Shown piece after piece: positions 63,526 to 64,000 of a DNA stretch of 64,000 nt; position 1 is the first letter of the stretch; every line of letters begins with the position of its first letter. A program made the position numbers and the translations under genes. The stretch is from Octopus sinensis (taxonomy: Eukaryota). The stretch covers positions 110,050,001-110,114,000 of the forward strand of contig NC_043001.1 in assembly GCF_006345805.1 (NCBI RefSeq), written 5' to 3'. The notes below the pieces were generated by a model. The model did no database searches and was not told the DNA's origin. It was given only the letters and a program-made list of their open reading frames with translations.

Positions 63526-63679
63526 ATATATTTTTATTTATGTCATGTATATATATATATTATATATATATATGGAGAGTTTACGAAAAAAAAAACAACA
63601 AAAGACGAAGAGAGCTGGTGTACAAAACAACAGATGTATTAGTATATATATATATATTATATATATATATATATATAAT

Positions 63680-63872
63680 GTAACCACATGTGAATCGTTG
63701 GCGATTTTCTTCCCCCGTCTTCTCTTCTATTGGAATTTGCTCTGTTTCCGAAGAAGAGCGTCTGTTCGAAACGTTAAACCAACTTTCTTCTCCTGAGCGT
63801 CTGCTAATACATTATATGTACCACATCATCGCGTTGTTGTTTTTTTGCGTTTGTTCTTTCTTTAGATTTACT
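63680..63872 (+). mobile_element. Penelope-like terminus (family 1 relative) ending in (TA)n, with hammerhead-like motif at 63744-63779
   Basis: GTTT-CCGAAGA-A-GAGC(GTCT)GTTC-GAAAC-GTT-AAAC followed by CTGAGCGTC..TAATAC. Confidence 0.65.
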
Positions 63873-64000
63873 ATATATATATACTTATATATATGTGTTT
63901 GTGTGTGCGTACACACGCACGCCCACACATGTATTTATGGAGAAGTCTGTATCCTACTGTGTGCACCCCTAAATAACAGAGATTATCCATAGAAGAGTAG

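Overview
AT-rich, microsatellite-dense eukaryotic DNA. The SINE, LINE and Penelope content looks like an Octopus genome (inferred from repeat recognition, not a database search). There is one 100-N scaffold gap at 43821-43920. Most ORFs in the supplied track are translations of simple repeats and are not genes. Mobile elements dominate: four tRNA-derived SINE groups (labelled A-D here), 3' remnants of Tx1/L1, RTE, CR1 and R4/Dong-type LINEs, Tc1/mariner transposase remnants, MITEs and Penelope-like (PLE) termini. The best host-gene evidence is a minus-strand exon at 39591-39719 that the ORF track missed. It has textbook splice sites and encodes a signal peptide plus an acidic segment (MRHLLVIFWCCIFHMLCATTGG-RYIDYEEFPFKSYEDPAFPE). 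A nearby downstream exon could be read in two different frames. I could not assign this protein to a family. The most system-like observation is a set of (TA)n-embedded PLE termini from at least three families. They carry minimal hammerhead-ribozyme motifs and near-perfect fold-back palindromes. Two R4/Dong-type LINE lineages appear to target different microsatellites, (TAA)n and (CATA)n.
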